From Pseudomonadota bacterium (GTDB taxonomy: Bacteria > Pseudomonadota > Alphaproteobacteria > Ferrovibrionales > Ferrovibrionaceae): a stretch of DNA of 64,000 bases. The DNA is taken from positions 3,110 through 67,109 of the forward strand of contig JAEYSS010000220.1 of NCBI GenBank assembly GCA_023434425.1. The letters are read 5' to 3'. The notes under the pieces were generated by a model, which did no database searches, was not told the DNA's origin, and saw only the letters and a program-made list of their open reading frames with translations. The position numbers and the translations under genes are program-made. Shown piece after piece: positions 1 to 8,653 of this stretch; the stretch's first letter is position 1, and each line of letters opens with the position of its first letter.

Positions 1-2
1 TG

Positions 3-788
3 CGCGAGTATGCGATCGACGCGGTGATCCATTTCGCTGGCGTCGCCTATGTCGCCGAATCGGTTGCCAAGCCGTGGTTCTATTATGAGAACAACGTGGT
101 TGGCAGTCTTAGCCTGACTGCAGCGATGCGTGCTGCCGACGTTGAGAAACTGATCTTCTCCAGCACCTGCTCGGTCTTCAGCACCATTGATTCGAAGATT
201 TCGGAAAAGACCGAACCTCGGCCGATCAATCCCTACGGCGCTTCGAAGCTGATGGTCGAGCGCTGCCTGGCTGATTATCACGCCGCCTACGGATTGAAAT
301 GGATCGCGCTGCGCTATTTCAATGCCGGCGGCGCCGACCCCCAAGGCCGGATCGGCGAAAACCATGATCCGGAACCACATCTGATTCCTCGCCTGATCGA
401 TGCAGCGTTAGGCCGCATCGCCTCGGTGCCGGTGCTGGGGACTGACTATCCTACGCCGGACGGCACCTGTATCCGCGACTATGTTCATGTGGTGGACCTA
501 GCGCGCGCCCATGTGCTGGCGCTACGCCACCTGGAGCGCAGCGGCACCGGCGGCCCCTACAATCTGGGCACCGGCCAGGGCTATTCGGTGCTGGAGGTGG
601 CGAAAGCCGTTGAGCGCATCTCGGGCCGGCCGGTTCCGCTCGCCTTTTCCGACCGCCGTCCGGGCGATCCGGTCACCTTGGTCGCGCTGGCGGACCGCGC
701 GGCGCGGGAATTGTCTTGGAACCCGACGATATCGGACATCGACACGATCGTCGGCACGGCGCTGGCATGGCGAACCCGCCCGCGATGA
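3..788 (+). CDS. galE: UDP-glucose 4-epimerase (5'-truncated by window edge)
   Basis: Motifs VIHFAG..VAESV, FSSTC, YGASK, LRYFNAGGAD, DGTCIRDYVHV, RRPGDP. The frame is open from the window start. Confidence 0.88.
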   Translation, partial: REYAIDAVIHFAGVAYVAESVAKPWFYYENNVVGSLSLTAAMRAADVEKLIFSSTCSVFSTIDSKISEKTEPRPINPYGASKLMVERCLADYHAAYGLKWIALRYFNAGGADPQGRIGENHDPEPHLIPRLIDAALGRIASVPVLGTDYPTPDGTCIRDYVHVVDLARAHVLALRHLERSGTGGPYNLGTGQGYSVLEVAKAVERISGRPVPLAFSDRRPGDPVTLVALADRAARELSWNPTISDIDTIVGTALAWRTRPR

Positions 789-1741
789 ATCTCTACGCCA
801 CCATCACCGATGCGAACTACCTGGTTCGGGCGTGGGCGCTGTACCGCTCGCTGCTACCGCATCTGGACGACGGCTTGTTCGCCTTCTACTGCGTAGACGA
901 CACCTCGGTCGAAATCCTCAGCCGACTCGATCCGACCAAGACGCTGATCGTCCCACATGCCGATTTCCAGCTTCCTGAGCTGAAGCGAGCTTACAGCAAC
1001 CGGAACCGAAGCGAATATTGCTGGACGACGAAACCGTTCCTCATTCGTGATCTGTTTGCGCGCTATCCGGCGGCGCAATGGGGCATGTACCTCGATTCTG
1101 ATATGGCGGCCTTCGCCGACCCGAAGCAGGCGCTCGACCTAGCAGGCGATGCCGACGTGCTGTTGACACCGCACCGCTTCGCCACGCCACTCCATGCCGC
1201 CTTCGAAACTACAGTCGGCCACTTCAATGCTGGGCTGGCCGCCTTCCGGCGGACCACAGAAGGTGTACGCGCTCTGGATTGGTGGGCTGAGCGCTGCCTG
1301 GAACTATGCCCGGCGGTGCCCACTCCGGACGCCTATGCTGACCAGAAATACCTGAACCGCATGCCCGAAACGGTCAAGACGACGCATCTTTCGCCACATC
1401 CGGGCCTCAATGCCGGGCCTTGGAACATCGAAGCCTATCGGGTCACGCCTGGTGCGGTTTCACCGCTTCTCTCAGGCCAGGAACTGCTGATTTACCATTT
1501 CCAGGGCCTGCGCATCTTCGGCACCAGGTTCTTCGATTGCTACCCAGGCAACATGCAATTGCCGCCAGACGCGATGGACCTGATTTACCGGCCCTATACC
1601 CGGAGGCTCAAAGACAGCTTCGCCGAGCTAGCGGGAGCGTCCCCCGGTTTTCGGGCCGGCGTGCAGCCGGTCCGGCCGCACTGGGTGGCCAGCCAGGCAC
1701 GCCGCCTCGTACGCGGCCTCAACAATCTCGCTTTCGCATGA
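785..1741 (+). CDS. Putative glycosyltransferase (GT-A, nucleotide-diphospho-sugar transferase-like)
   Basis: ATG at 785 overlaps the galE stop (ATGA). Motifs EYCWTTKP, YLDSD (DxD), FNAG, DQKYL, PWN, YHFQG. Confidence 0.7.
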   Translation: MNLYATITDANYLVRAWALYRSLLPHLDDGLFAFYCVDDTSVEILSRLDPTKTLIVPHADFQLPELKRAYSNRNRSEYCWTTKPFLIRDLFARYPAAQWGMYLDSDMAAFADPKQALDLAGDADVLLTPHRFATPLHAAFETTVGHFNAGLAAFRRTTEGVRALDWWAERCLELCPAVPTPDAYADQKYLNRMPETVKTTHLSPHPGLNAGPWNIEAYRVTPGAVSPLLSGQELLIYHFQGLRIFGTRFFDCYPGNMQLPPDAMDLIYRPYTRRLKDSFAELAGASPGFRAGVQPVRPHWVASQARRLVRGLNNLAFA

Positions 1742-1928
1742 TTTCGGAAAAAGGAGCCACTCGATATCCGCCCCTTCCATTTCCTTCCGCGCCCATTGCG
1801 CATGTTTTCGGAACCCCTGACCGGCTGTCGCAATCTGGCATGGTGGCGATGGCAGCGCGGTGGCGCCTGCTACTTGCCAGCACGGAGGGAACCGCGATAG
1901 TGCGCGGATATCTGCATGGAGAATCGTG

Positions 1929-3224
1929 ATGACCGCCTTTGCCTCCGTCCGCCTGGAAGCCTGCCTGGCTCGAATCGAGGATCCCGCCGGCGAGGGGAAA
2001 CGAGCCTTCACGAAACTCTACGCCGATCAGGCGCGCGCCGCAGCCGATGCGGCTGATCGCCGGGCGCAGTTTGGTCAGAGCCTTGGCCCCCTGGACGGGC
2101 GCATCGTCTCGATCAAGGATCTGTTCGATCTGCCGGGTGAAGCCACCACTGCCGGATCGAAACTGCGGCGCGATGCCGCGCCGGCGACCACCGAAGCCCC
2201 GGCGATCGCGCGGCTGCGGGCGGCTGGCGCCGTCATCGTCGGCAAGACCAACATGACCGAATTCGCTTTCTCCGGTGTGGGCATCAACCCGCATTACGGC
2301 ACGCCGGGCAATCCGGCCGATCGAAGCTGCATCCCCGGCGGTTCCAGTTCCGGTGGTGCGGTTTCAGTCGCCGACGGCATGGCCGAGGTCACCATCGGCT
2401 CGGATACCGGCGGCTCGACCCGTATTCCGGCCGCGCTGTGCGGCATCGTCGGCCTGAAGCCGAGCCAATCTCGCGTGCCGACCGCCGGCGCCTTCCCGCT
2501 GTCCTATGCGCTGGACAGCATCGGCCCGATGGCGGGCTGCGTCGCCGACTGCGCGGCCGCGGATGCCGTGATGGCCGGTGAAAGCCCGACCCCGCTGTCA
2601 CCAGCGCCCCTGTCCGGGCTGCGCCTGGGTATTCCGCAGGGTCCGCTGATGGAAAATATGGATGCCCCGGTGGCGGCCGCCTTCGATGCGGCGATCCGGG
2701 TGCTGGGCGGGCATGGCGCCGTCGTCACCGACCAGAGCCTGCCGCAGCTGGCCGACATGCTGGCAGTGAATGCCAGGGGCGGCTTTGCCGCCACCGAGGC
2801 CTTTTTCATCCACCGTGAGGCGATGGAGCAGCGGCCGGGCGACTTCGACCCCTTCGTGCGGAACCGCATCGAGCGCGGCCGGGCCGTCACGTCAGCCGAT
2901 TATATTTTCATGCAACGCCGCCGCGCCGAACTGATCGCCGCGATGGACCGGCAACTGGCAGACCTGGACGCCCTGATCCTGCCGACCACGCCGATCGTGG
3001 CCCGGAAAATCGCCGATCTGGCGGCAGACGAAGCGGCGTTTACGGCGGCCAATACCCTGCTGCTGCGCAATACCTCGGTGGCGAATTTCTTCGATCTCTG
3101 CGCCATTTCTGTGCCGCTGCCGGTCACCGGCCTGCCGGTCGGGCTGATGCTGGTGGCACGGAACGGTCAGGACCGCCGCCTGCTGCGGCTGGCCGCCGCC
3201 GCGGAAATTACCCTAAAACAATGA
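1929..3224 (+). CDS. Amidase signature family protein (GatA-like amidase)
   Basis: Motifs SIKDLFD, GKTNMTEFA, PGGSSSG, GSDTGGSTRIPA. GGAGA RBS upstream of ATG 1929. Confidence 0.9.
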   Translation: MTAFASVRLEACLARIEDPAGEGKRAFTKLYADQARAAADAADRRAQFGQSLGPLDGRIVSIKDLFDLPGEATTAGSKLRRDAAPATTEAPAIARLRAAGAVIVGKTNMTEFAFSGVGINPHYGTPGNPADRSCIPGGSSSGGAVSVADGMAEVTIGSDTGGSTRIPAALCGIVGLKPSQSRVPTAGAFPLSYALDSIGPMAGCVADCAAADAVMAGESPTPLSPAPLSGLRLGIPQGPLMENMDAPVAAAFDAAIRVLGGHGAVVTDQSLPQLADMLAVNARGGFAATEAFFIHREAMEQRPGDFDPFVRNRIERGRAVTSADYIFMQRRRAELIAAMDRQLADLDALILPTTPIVARKIADLAADEAAFTAANTLLLRNTSVANFFDLCAISVPLPVTGLPVGLMLVARNGQDRRLLRLAAAAEITLKQ

Positions 3225-3254
3225 TTTTTATAGGTAATTCCGGCTAGAATTCGT

Positions 3255-3283
3255 TTGACCCAACGACAGGCCTCCTTTATCGT
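3255..3283 (+). promoter_or_regulatory. Putative sigma70 promoter for marR-rfaH
   Basis: TTGACC (3255-3260), 17-nt spacer, TATCGT (3278-3283). The predicted start site falls at about the GTG at 3291. Confidence 0.6.
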
Positions 3284-3298
3284 TCAGCCCGTGAACGA
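3280..3298. promoter_or_regulatory. Palindromic operator copy 1 (TCGTTCA-N5-TGAACGA)
   Basis: Perfect 7-bp inverted repeat overlapping the -10 box and the GTG start of the regulator. The same core recurs at 5939 and 5966. Confidence 0.7.
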
Positions 3299-3947
3299 AC
3301 CTTCGAAACCCTCCGAGTCATCCCAGGACGCCGCCACCATGGTGGCGCTGCTGGCCGCCGTCAGCGATTCGGACCAGCACACCCAGCGCAGCCTCGCCGG
3401 CCGGCTGGATGTAGCGCTGGGGCTCGCCAACGCGCTGCTCAAGCGCTGCGTTTCCAAAGGCCTGATCAAGATCCAGAATGCCCCCGCCCGTCGCTATGCC
3501 TATTACCTGACACCCAAGGGCTTTGCCGAAAAGAGCCGGCTGGTCGCCGAATATCTGGAAACCTCGCTGAACTTCTTTCGCCGGGCGCGCGGCCAGTATG
3601 AAGAACTGTTTGTCCAGTTGGGGGCACAGGGCGTTACCCGGATCGCGATTGCAGGCAGCGGGGAACTGGCGGAAATCGCCATGCTTTCGGCTTCCGCCAC
3701 CGGCATTACGGTTCAGGTCGTGATCGCGCCGGGACGCAATATCCCGGATTTCCACGGCCATGCGGTGGTGACCGATCTGGCTGCGGCTTTGGCGCGCGGC
3801 GCTGAAGCCGTGATCATCGCCGACAGCAGCACGCCCCAGGCCATCTATGACCTGATTTGCGCCGCCATGCCTGCAGATCGCGTTCTGGCCCCACGCCTTC
3901 TGCATGTGACGCTGCCGCCGGCTCCGGGCAAGGAAATTGCGGCATGA
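3291..3947 (+). CDS. EPS-associated MarR-family winged-helix regulator with a C-terminal Rossmann-like domain
   Basis: Motifs TQRSLAGRLDVALGLANALLKR and YAYYLTPKGFAEK..L are typical of the EPS-associated MarR family. C-terminal IAIAGSGELA. Start uncertain (GTG 3291 or ATG 3339). Confidence 0.82.
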   Translation: MNEPSKPSESSQDAATMVALLAAVSDSDQHTQRSLAGRLDVALGLANALLKRCVSKGLIKIQNAPARRYAYYLTPKGFAEKSRLVAEYLETSLNFFRRARGQYEELFVQLGAQGVTRIAIAGSGELAEIAMLSASATGITVQVVIAPGRNIPDFHGHAVVTDLAAALARGAEAVIIADSSTPQAIYDLICAAMPADRVLAPRLLHVTLPPAPGKEIAA

Positions 3948-4447
3948 CGACGTTGTCCTGGTACGCCGTGTATACGCAGCCAGCGAAGGAAAGCCTTGCC
4001 GCGCAGCAGTTGCGCAACCAGGGCTTCGACGTCTATCTGCCGCAGTATCAAAAACTGCGCCGCCATGCCGGCCGTAGCGACATCGTCGCAACGGCTCTAT
4101 TCCCGCGCTACCTGTTCGTCGGGCTGGATGTCGAGCGTCAGCGCTGGCGTTCCGTCAACGGGACGCGTGGCGTGGTCGGCCTGGTGATGTTCGGCGACAA
4201 ACCGATCCCCGTACCGACGGCCGTGATCGATGAGATTCGCAGCCGGGAAGACGACACTGGCTATGTCCGCCTGAACGGCCCCGCTTTCCAGCGCGGCCAA
4301 GCTTTGCGTATCGTCGAGGGCCCGATGACGGATACCCAGGCGATCTTCGAGGAGCAGGTTGACGGCAACCGCGCCATCCTGCTGGTCTCGCTGCTGGGGC
4401 GTATGGTCCGCACCAAGATGCCGCTGCGGCAGGTCGAGGCGGCCTGA
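3944..4447 (+). CDS. rfaH: RfaH-like transcription antiterminator (NusG paralog)
   Basis: NGN domain motifs WYAVYT, LFPRYLFV, NGTRGV..LVMFG, plus KOW motif GQALRIVEGP. 4-bp overlap with the marR stop. Confidence 0.85.
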   Translation: MTTLSWYAVYTQPAKESLAAQQLRNQGFDVYLPQYQKLRRHAGRSDIVATALFPRYLFVGLDVERQRWRSVNGTRGVVGLVMFGDKPIPVPTAVIDEIRSREDDTGYVRLNGPAFQRGQALRIVEGPMTDTQAIFEEQVDGNRAILLVSLLGRMVRTKMPLRQVEAA

Positions 4448-4496
4448 CCCCGCCTCCGCCTAGCCAGCACTCCGATTCAGGCCTATAAGCCGCGCC

Positions 4497-5837
4497 ATGA
4501 GCAGACCCGCCCCCGTTGCCAACCCGCCCAAGGTCGGAATCGTCAGCCTTGGCTGTCCCAAGGCCCTGGTCGATTCCGAGCGCATCATCACGAAGCTGCG
4601 CGCCGAAGGTTATGCGATTTCGGGCTCCTATGAGGCCGCCGACGTGGTGCTGGTGAATACCTGTGGTTTTCTCGACAGCGCCAAGCAGGAGTCCCTGGAA
4701 GCGATCGGCGAGGCGATGCGGGAAAACGGCCGCGTTATCGTTACCGGTTGCATGGGCGTGGAAGCAGACAAGATTCGGGGCATGTTTCCAGATGTCCTGT
4801 CGGTCAGCGGTCCGCAGCAATACGAGACTGTGGTCGAGGCCGTGCACGAGGCCGCACCGCCGCTGCACGACCCCTTCGTCGACCTGGTTCCGCCGCAGGG
4901 CATCAAGCTGACGCCGCGGCATTATGCTTACCTGAAGATTTCAGAAGGCTGCAACCACAGCTGCAGCTTCTGCATCATCCCGTCCATGCGCGGCAAGCTG
5001 AAGAGCCGTCAGGCCAACGATGTGCTGTTCGAAGCCGAACGGCTGGTCAAGGCCGGCGTGAAAGAACTGCTGGTGATCTCTCAGGACACCTCAGCCTACG
5101 GTGTCGATATCAAGCATGCCGAGAGCCAGTGGCGTGAGCGCAAGGTGAAGGCGCGCCTGACCGAACTGGCCGATGCGATGGGCAGCCTGGGCGCCTGGGT
5201 GCGGCTGCATTACGTCTATCCCTATCCTCATGTGGACGAGATCATTCCGCTGATGGCGGAGGGCAAAATCCTTCCCTATCTCGACATCCCGTTCCAGCAT
5301 GCCGAACCGCGCGTGCTAAAAAGCATGCGCCGGCCCGGCAACCAGGAAAAAGTGCTGCAGCGCATTCGCAGCTGGCGCGAGATCTGCCCTGACCTCGCGA
5401 TCCGCTCAACCTTCATCGTCGGCTTTCCCGGCGAGACGGAAGCCGATTTCGAATTCCTGCTGCAATGGCTGGAAGGAGCCGAACTCGACCGCGTCGGCTG
5501 CTTCAAATACGAGAATGTCGAAGGTGCCCGCGCCAACGATCTGTCGGATCAGATCCCGGACGCAGTCAAGCAGGCGCGCTGGGAGCGCTTTATGACCATT
5601 CAGCAGAAGATCAGTGCCAGGCGGCTGAAGCGCTTCGTCGGCCGCACGCTGGATGTGCTGGTGGATGAGGTGAAGCGGACAACCGCAACCGGGCGCAGCT
5701 TCGCCGATGCGCCGGAAATTGATGGCATCGTGAAAATTAAAAAAGCCGTCGGTGTGAATATTGGCGACCTGATCAAGGTTAAGATCGACAAGGCGGGGCC
5801 TTACGATCTGAGCGGCACCTTTTTATCCACGATATGA
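4497..5837 (+). CDS. rimO: Ribosomal protein S12 methylthiotransferase (radical SAM)
   Basis: Motifs [44 protein letters not shown]-terminal TRAM DAPEIDG. Confidence 0.97.
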   Translation: MSRPAPVANPPKVGIVSLGCPKALVDSERIITKLRAEGYAISGSYEAADVVLVNTCGFLDSAKQESLEAIGEAMRENGRVIVTGCMGVEADKIRGMFPDVLSVSGPQQYETVVEAVHEAAPPLHDPFVDLVPPQGIKLTPRHYAYLKISEGCNHSCSFCIIPSMRGKLKSRQANDVLFEAERLVKAGVKELLVISQDTSAYGVDIKHAESQWRERKVKARLTELADAMGSLGAWVRLHYVYPYPHVDEIIPLMAEGKILPYLDIPFQHAEPRVLKSMRRPGNQEKVLQRIRSWREICPDLAIRSTFIVGFPGETEADFEFLLQWLEGAELDRVGCFKYENVEGARANDLSDQIPDAVKQARWERFMTIQQKISARRLKRFVGRTLDVLVDEVKRTTATGRSFADAPEIDGIVKIKKAVGVNIGDLIKVKIDKAGPYDLSGTFLSTI

Positions 5838-5875
5838 TATAGTGTTAAATATACCATAAATTGTGTAGAGCCAGT

Positions 5876-5904
5876 AAATCACCCTCAGTGGGAGGGTGAT
5901 TTTT
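5876..5904 (+). terminator. Rho-independent terminator after rimO
   Basis: AAATCACCCTC-AGTGG-GAGGGTGATTT: perfect 11-bp stem ending in a T run. Confidence 0.75.
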
Positions 5905-5938
5905 ATCTGTATTCTGACAATTTCTCGCCTTGCGCCGA

Positions 5939-5954
5939 CGTTCATCTGCTGAAC
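5939..5954. promoter_or_regulatory. Palindromic operator copy 2 (CGTTCA-TCTGC-TGAAC)
   Basis: Same GTTCA-N5-TGAAC core as 3281-3296, lying just upstream of the operon -35 box. Confidence 0.68.
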
Positions 5955-5962
5955 ATCTTCAG

Positions 5963-5991
5963 TTGCGTTCAAGCACTGAACATCATAGAAT
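5963..5991 (+). promoter_or_regulatory. Putative sigma70 promoter of the large glycan operon
   Basis: TTGCGT (5963-5968), 17-nt spacer, TAGAAT (5986-5991), in an AT-rich intergenic region downstream of the rimO terminator. Confidence 0.68.
5966..5981. promoter_or_regulatory. Palindromic operator copy 3 (CGTTCA-AGCAC-TGAAC)
   Basis: Same core, overlapping the -35 box and spacer, 27 bp from copy 2. Both copies continue ...TGAACATC. Confidence 0.68.
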
Positions 5992-6173
5992 TATTTACTT
6001 TCGCACGGATTCGGTTGCCCCGGTTTTGCCTGCCCGGACCTTTCAGGATTTCCGGCCAAGAACGGGCCTGTCCGCCACCCATTGTCCTTGTTTCGGATGA
6101 TCTCTCAGTCATGGGGGCTAGACGATCCTCACGCGAATGTCGCCATAACGGGGGAGCGTCGCTTCACCCGAAT

Positions 6174-6185
6174 GGCGGTAGCATG
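6174..6185 (+). promoter_or_regulatory. ops (operon polarity suppressor) element for RfaH recruitment
   Basis: GGCGGTAGCATG matches the GGCGGTAGnnTG consensus, on the sense strand in the leader of the first operon gene. Confidence 0.75.
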
Positions 6186-6212
6186 CTTGAACTGCCGCAC
6201 ACTCGAGAGCTG

Positions 6213-7673
6213 ATGCAAACCGTTTCTGGCCGCATAATCTCGCCCGTCATCTTGTCGGGGGGGAGCGGCAGCCGCCTTTGGCCGCTGTCTCGCGCCAGCT
6301 ATCCGAAACAGTTCCTGCCGCTGTGTTCCGATGAACCGATGCTGGTTGAAACCGCGCGCCGCGTCGCCTTGCCCGGCTTCGCGTCCCCGACCATCATCTG
6401 CAGCAGCGCGCATCGTTTCCTAGTGGCGCAGACCCTGGCCGCCGCCGAGATCACACCGCGCGGTATCCTGCTTGAGCCGGTTGCCCGCAATACTGCCATC
6501 GCCATCGCCACCAGCGCGCTTTGGCTGCAGGTCCAAGACAAGACAGCCATCGCGCTGATCATGCCCTCCGATCACATGATCGGCGATCTGCCGGCCTTCT
6601 ATGCCGCCATCGGCAAGGCCACCGCCGCGGCTGAGCGGGGCCTGATCGTGACATTCGGTATCAGGCCATCACGGCCTGACACCGGATACGGCTATATCCA
6701 GATCGGCAAGACGATCGACGGCCTCGATGGAGTCTGCCAGATCGCCAAATTCGTGGAAAAGCCCGACCTGCAGACCGCCGAAACCTATCTGGCCGCAGGT
6801 AACTTCAACTGGAATGCCGGCATCTTCCTGGCGCGCGTCGATACGATTATTACCGAATTCGAGCGGCATGCGCCCGATATTCTGGCCGCGGCAACGGCCG
6901 CACTGGCCGACAGCATCACCGACCTCGATTTCACGCGCCTTGGTGAAGCCGCCTTCACGGCGGCGCGCGCCATGGCCTTTGATCACGCCATCATGGAAAG
7001 AACCGATCATGGCGGCGTGGTCGTTACCGACATGGGCTGGAACGACATCGGTTCCTGGCGCGCATTGTGGGAAATCGGCGTCAAGGACCACCATGGCAAT
7101 GTCGCGACGGGTGACACATGGCTGCACGACACCCGGAATTCGCTCGTGCGCAGCGCCGACGGCCTTCTCACCGCCGTCATTGGCCTAAACGACATCGTTG
7201 TGATCGCCACTGACGACTCCATCCTGATCGCCGACCGGAACCGGACGGAAGATGTAAAGACCCTGGTTGAGTCGATGGCAAGCAGCAATCGGCAGGAACA
7301 CCTGCAGGCGTCCGTCGTGCATCGACCCTGGGGCAGTTACCGCACGCTGGAAGGCGGCAACGGTTATCTTGTGAAGCGCATCACCGTGAATCCGAAAGCG
7401 TCGCTTTCGCTGCAGTATCATCACCATCGCGCCGAGCATTGGGTCGTCGTGGACGGCGTGGCCAAGGTAACCCGCGGTGACAAGACCTTCCTGCTGCAGC
7501 GCAATGAATCGACCTACATTCCAATTGGCCAGACGCACCGACTGGAAAACCCAGGCGACACGCCGCTACATCTGATCGAGGTGCAGAGCGGTGTTGTCAT
7601 TTCCGAGGACGACATCGTGCGGCTCGACGACAACTATGGCCGCCAGTCCGCGTCGGCGGCGGTGAAGGCATGA
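6213..7673 (+). CDS. manC: Mannose-1-phosphate guanylyltransferase / mannose-6-phosphate isomerase
   Basis: Motifs PVILSGGSGSRLWPLSR..PKQF, EPVARNTA, FVEKP, cupin RPWGSY..SLQYHHHRAEHW. Start at ATG 6213 (GAGAG upstream) or 6183. Confidence 0.93.
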   Translation: MQTVSGRIISPVILSGGSGSRLWPLSRASYPKQFLPLCSDEPMLVETARRVALPGFASPTIICSSAHRFLVAQTLAAAEITPRGILLEPVARNTAIAIATSALWLQVQDKTAIALIMPSDHMIGDLPAFYAAIGKATAAAERGLIVTFGIRPSRPDTGYGYIQIGKTIDGLDGVCQIAKFVEKPDLQTAETYLAAGNFNWNAGIFLARVDTIITEFERHAPDILAAATAALADSITDLDFTRLGEAAFTAARAMAFDHAIMERTDHGGVVVTDMGWNDIGSWRALWEIGVKDHHGNVATGDTWLHDTRNSLVRSADGLLTAVIGLNDIVVIATDDSILIADRNRTEDVKTLVESMASSNRQEHLQASVVHRPWGSYRTLEGGNGYLVKRITVNPKASLSLQYHHHRAEHWVVVDGVAKVTRGDKTFLLQRNESTYIPIGQTHRLENPGDTPLHLIEVQSGVVISEDDIVRLDDNYGRQSASAAVKA

Positions 7674-8635
7674 CCTTTTCGTTGAAGGGCAAGCGGATCT
7701 GGGTGGCCGGCCATCGCGGCATGACCGGCAGCGCCCTGGTCCGCCGACTGATGCACGAAGATTGCGAAATCCTCAGTGCCGAACGCGCAGAACTTGACAT
7801 GCGCCGGCAGGCCGATGTCGAGACATGGGTTGCAGCCAAGCGACCCGATGCGGTTTTCCTTGCAGCCGCGCGCGTCGGTGGCATCCTAGCCAACGATTCC
7901 TATCCGGCCACCTTCCTTTACGACAACCTGCAGATCGAGACGAACATCATTCACGCCGCCTGGCAGGTGAAGGTGCAGAAGCTGCTATTTCTCGGTTCAT
8001 CTTGCATCTATCCGAAGGAAGCGCCGCAGCCGATTCCGGAAGAGGCCCTGCTCACCAGCCCGCTGGAGCCGACCAACGAATGGTATGCCATCGCCAAGAT
8101 TGCCGGCATCAAGCTTTGCCAGGCATATCGCCGGCAATATGGCTGCGACTTCATTTCGGCGATGCCGACCAATCTCTACGGCCCGAACGACAACTTCCAC
8201 CCCAACACCAGCCATGTGCCGGCCGCGCTGACGCGCCGCTTCCATGAGGCGAAGCTGCAAGGCAGCGAGGATGCCGTTGTCTGGGGATCCGGTCGGCCGC
8301 TACGCGAATTCCTGCATGTCGATGATCTGGCGGACGCCAGCGTTTTTCTGATGAAAAACTATTCGGATACCTTGCCGATCAACATCGGCAGTGGCAGCGA
8401 GGTGACCATCGCAGAATTCGCCGAGCTGGTCAAACGGAGCGTCGGCTTCAACGGCCGCATCGTCTTCGACGTCAGCCGCCCCGACGGCACGCCGCGGAAG
8501 CTGCTGGACAGCCGCCGCCTGCGCCAGCTCGGATGGCAGGCTAGGATTCCCTTGGAGACCGGCCTGCCGGGCTATTATGCTTGGTTCATAGAGCATGGCG
8601 ACAGCCTGCGCGAAAACGGCATCGATCGCGCTTAA
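7670..8635 (+). CDS. fcl: GDP-L-fucose synthase
   Basis: Motifs AGHRGMTGSA, LAAARVGGILAN, GSSCIYP, YAIAK, MPTNLYG, REFLHVDD. Confidence 0.95.
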   Translation: MTFSLKGKRIWVAGHRGMTGSALVRRLMHEDCEILSAERAELDMRRQADVETWVAAKRPDAVFLAAARVGGILANDSYPATFLYDNLQIETNIIHAAWQVKVQKLLFLGSSCIYPKEAPQPIPEEALLTSPLEPTNEWYAIAKIAGIKLCQAYRRQYGCDFISAMPTNLYGPNDNFHPNTSHVPAALTRRFHEAKLQGSEDAVVWGSGRPLREFLHVDDLADASVFLMKNYSDTLPINIGSGSEVTIAEFAELVKRSVGFNGRIVFDVSRPDGTPRKLLDSRRLRQLGWQARIPLETGLPGYYAWFIEHGDSLRENGIDRA

Positions 8636-8653
8636 CAAAAGAAAAGCATTTCT

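Noticed and set aside
5939..5981. GTTC/GAAC boxes as a LexA (SOS) site
   Set aside because: Alphaproteobacterial LexA binds the direct repeat GTTC-N7-GTTC and Firmicute LexA binds GAAC-N4-GTTC. These sites are inverted GTTC-N7-GAAC and fit neither.
6015..6212. In-frame 66-codon N-terminal extension of manC (TTG 6015)
   Set aside because: No ManC-like residues. The region is the predicted 5' leader containing ops, and homology begins near 6213.
6257..6263. G7 tract in manC as a phase-variation switch
   Set aside because: The tract is short, encodes the conserved SGG motif, and the gene is in frame.
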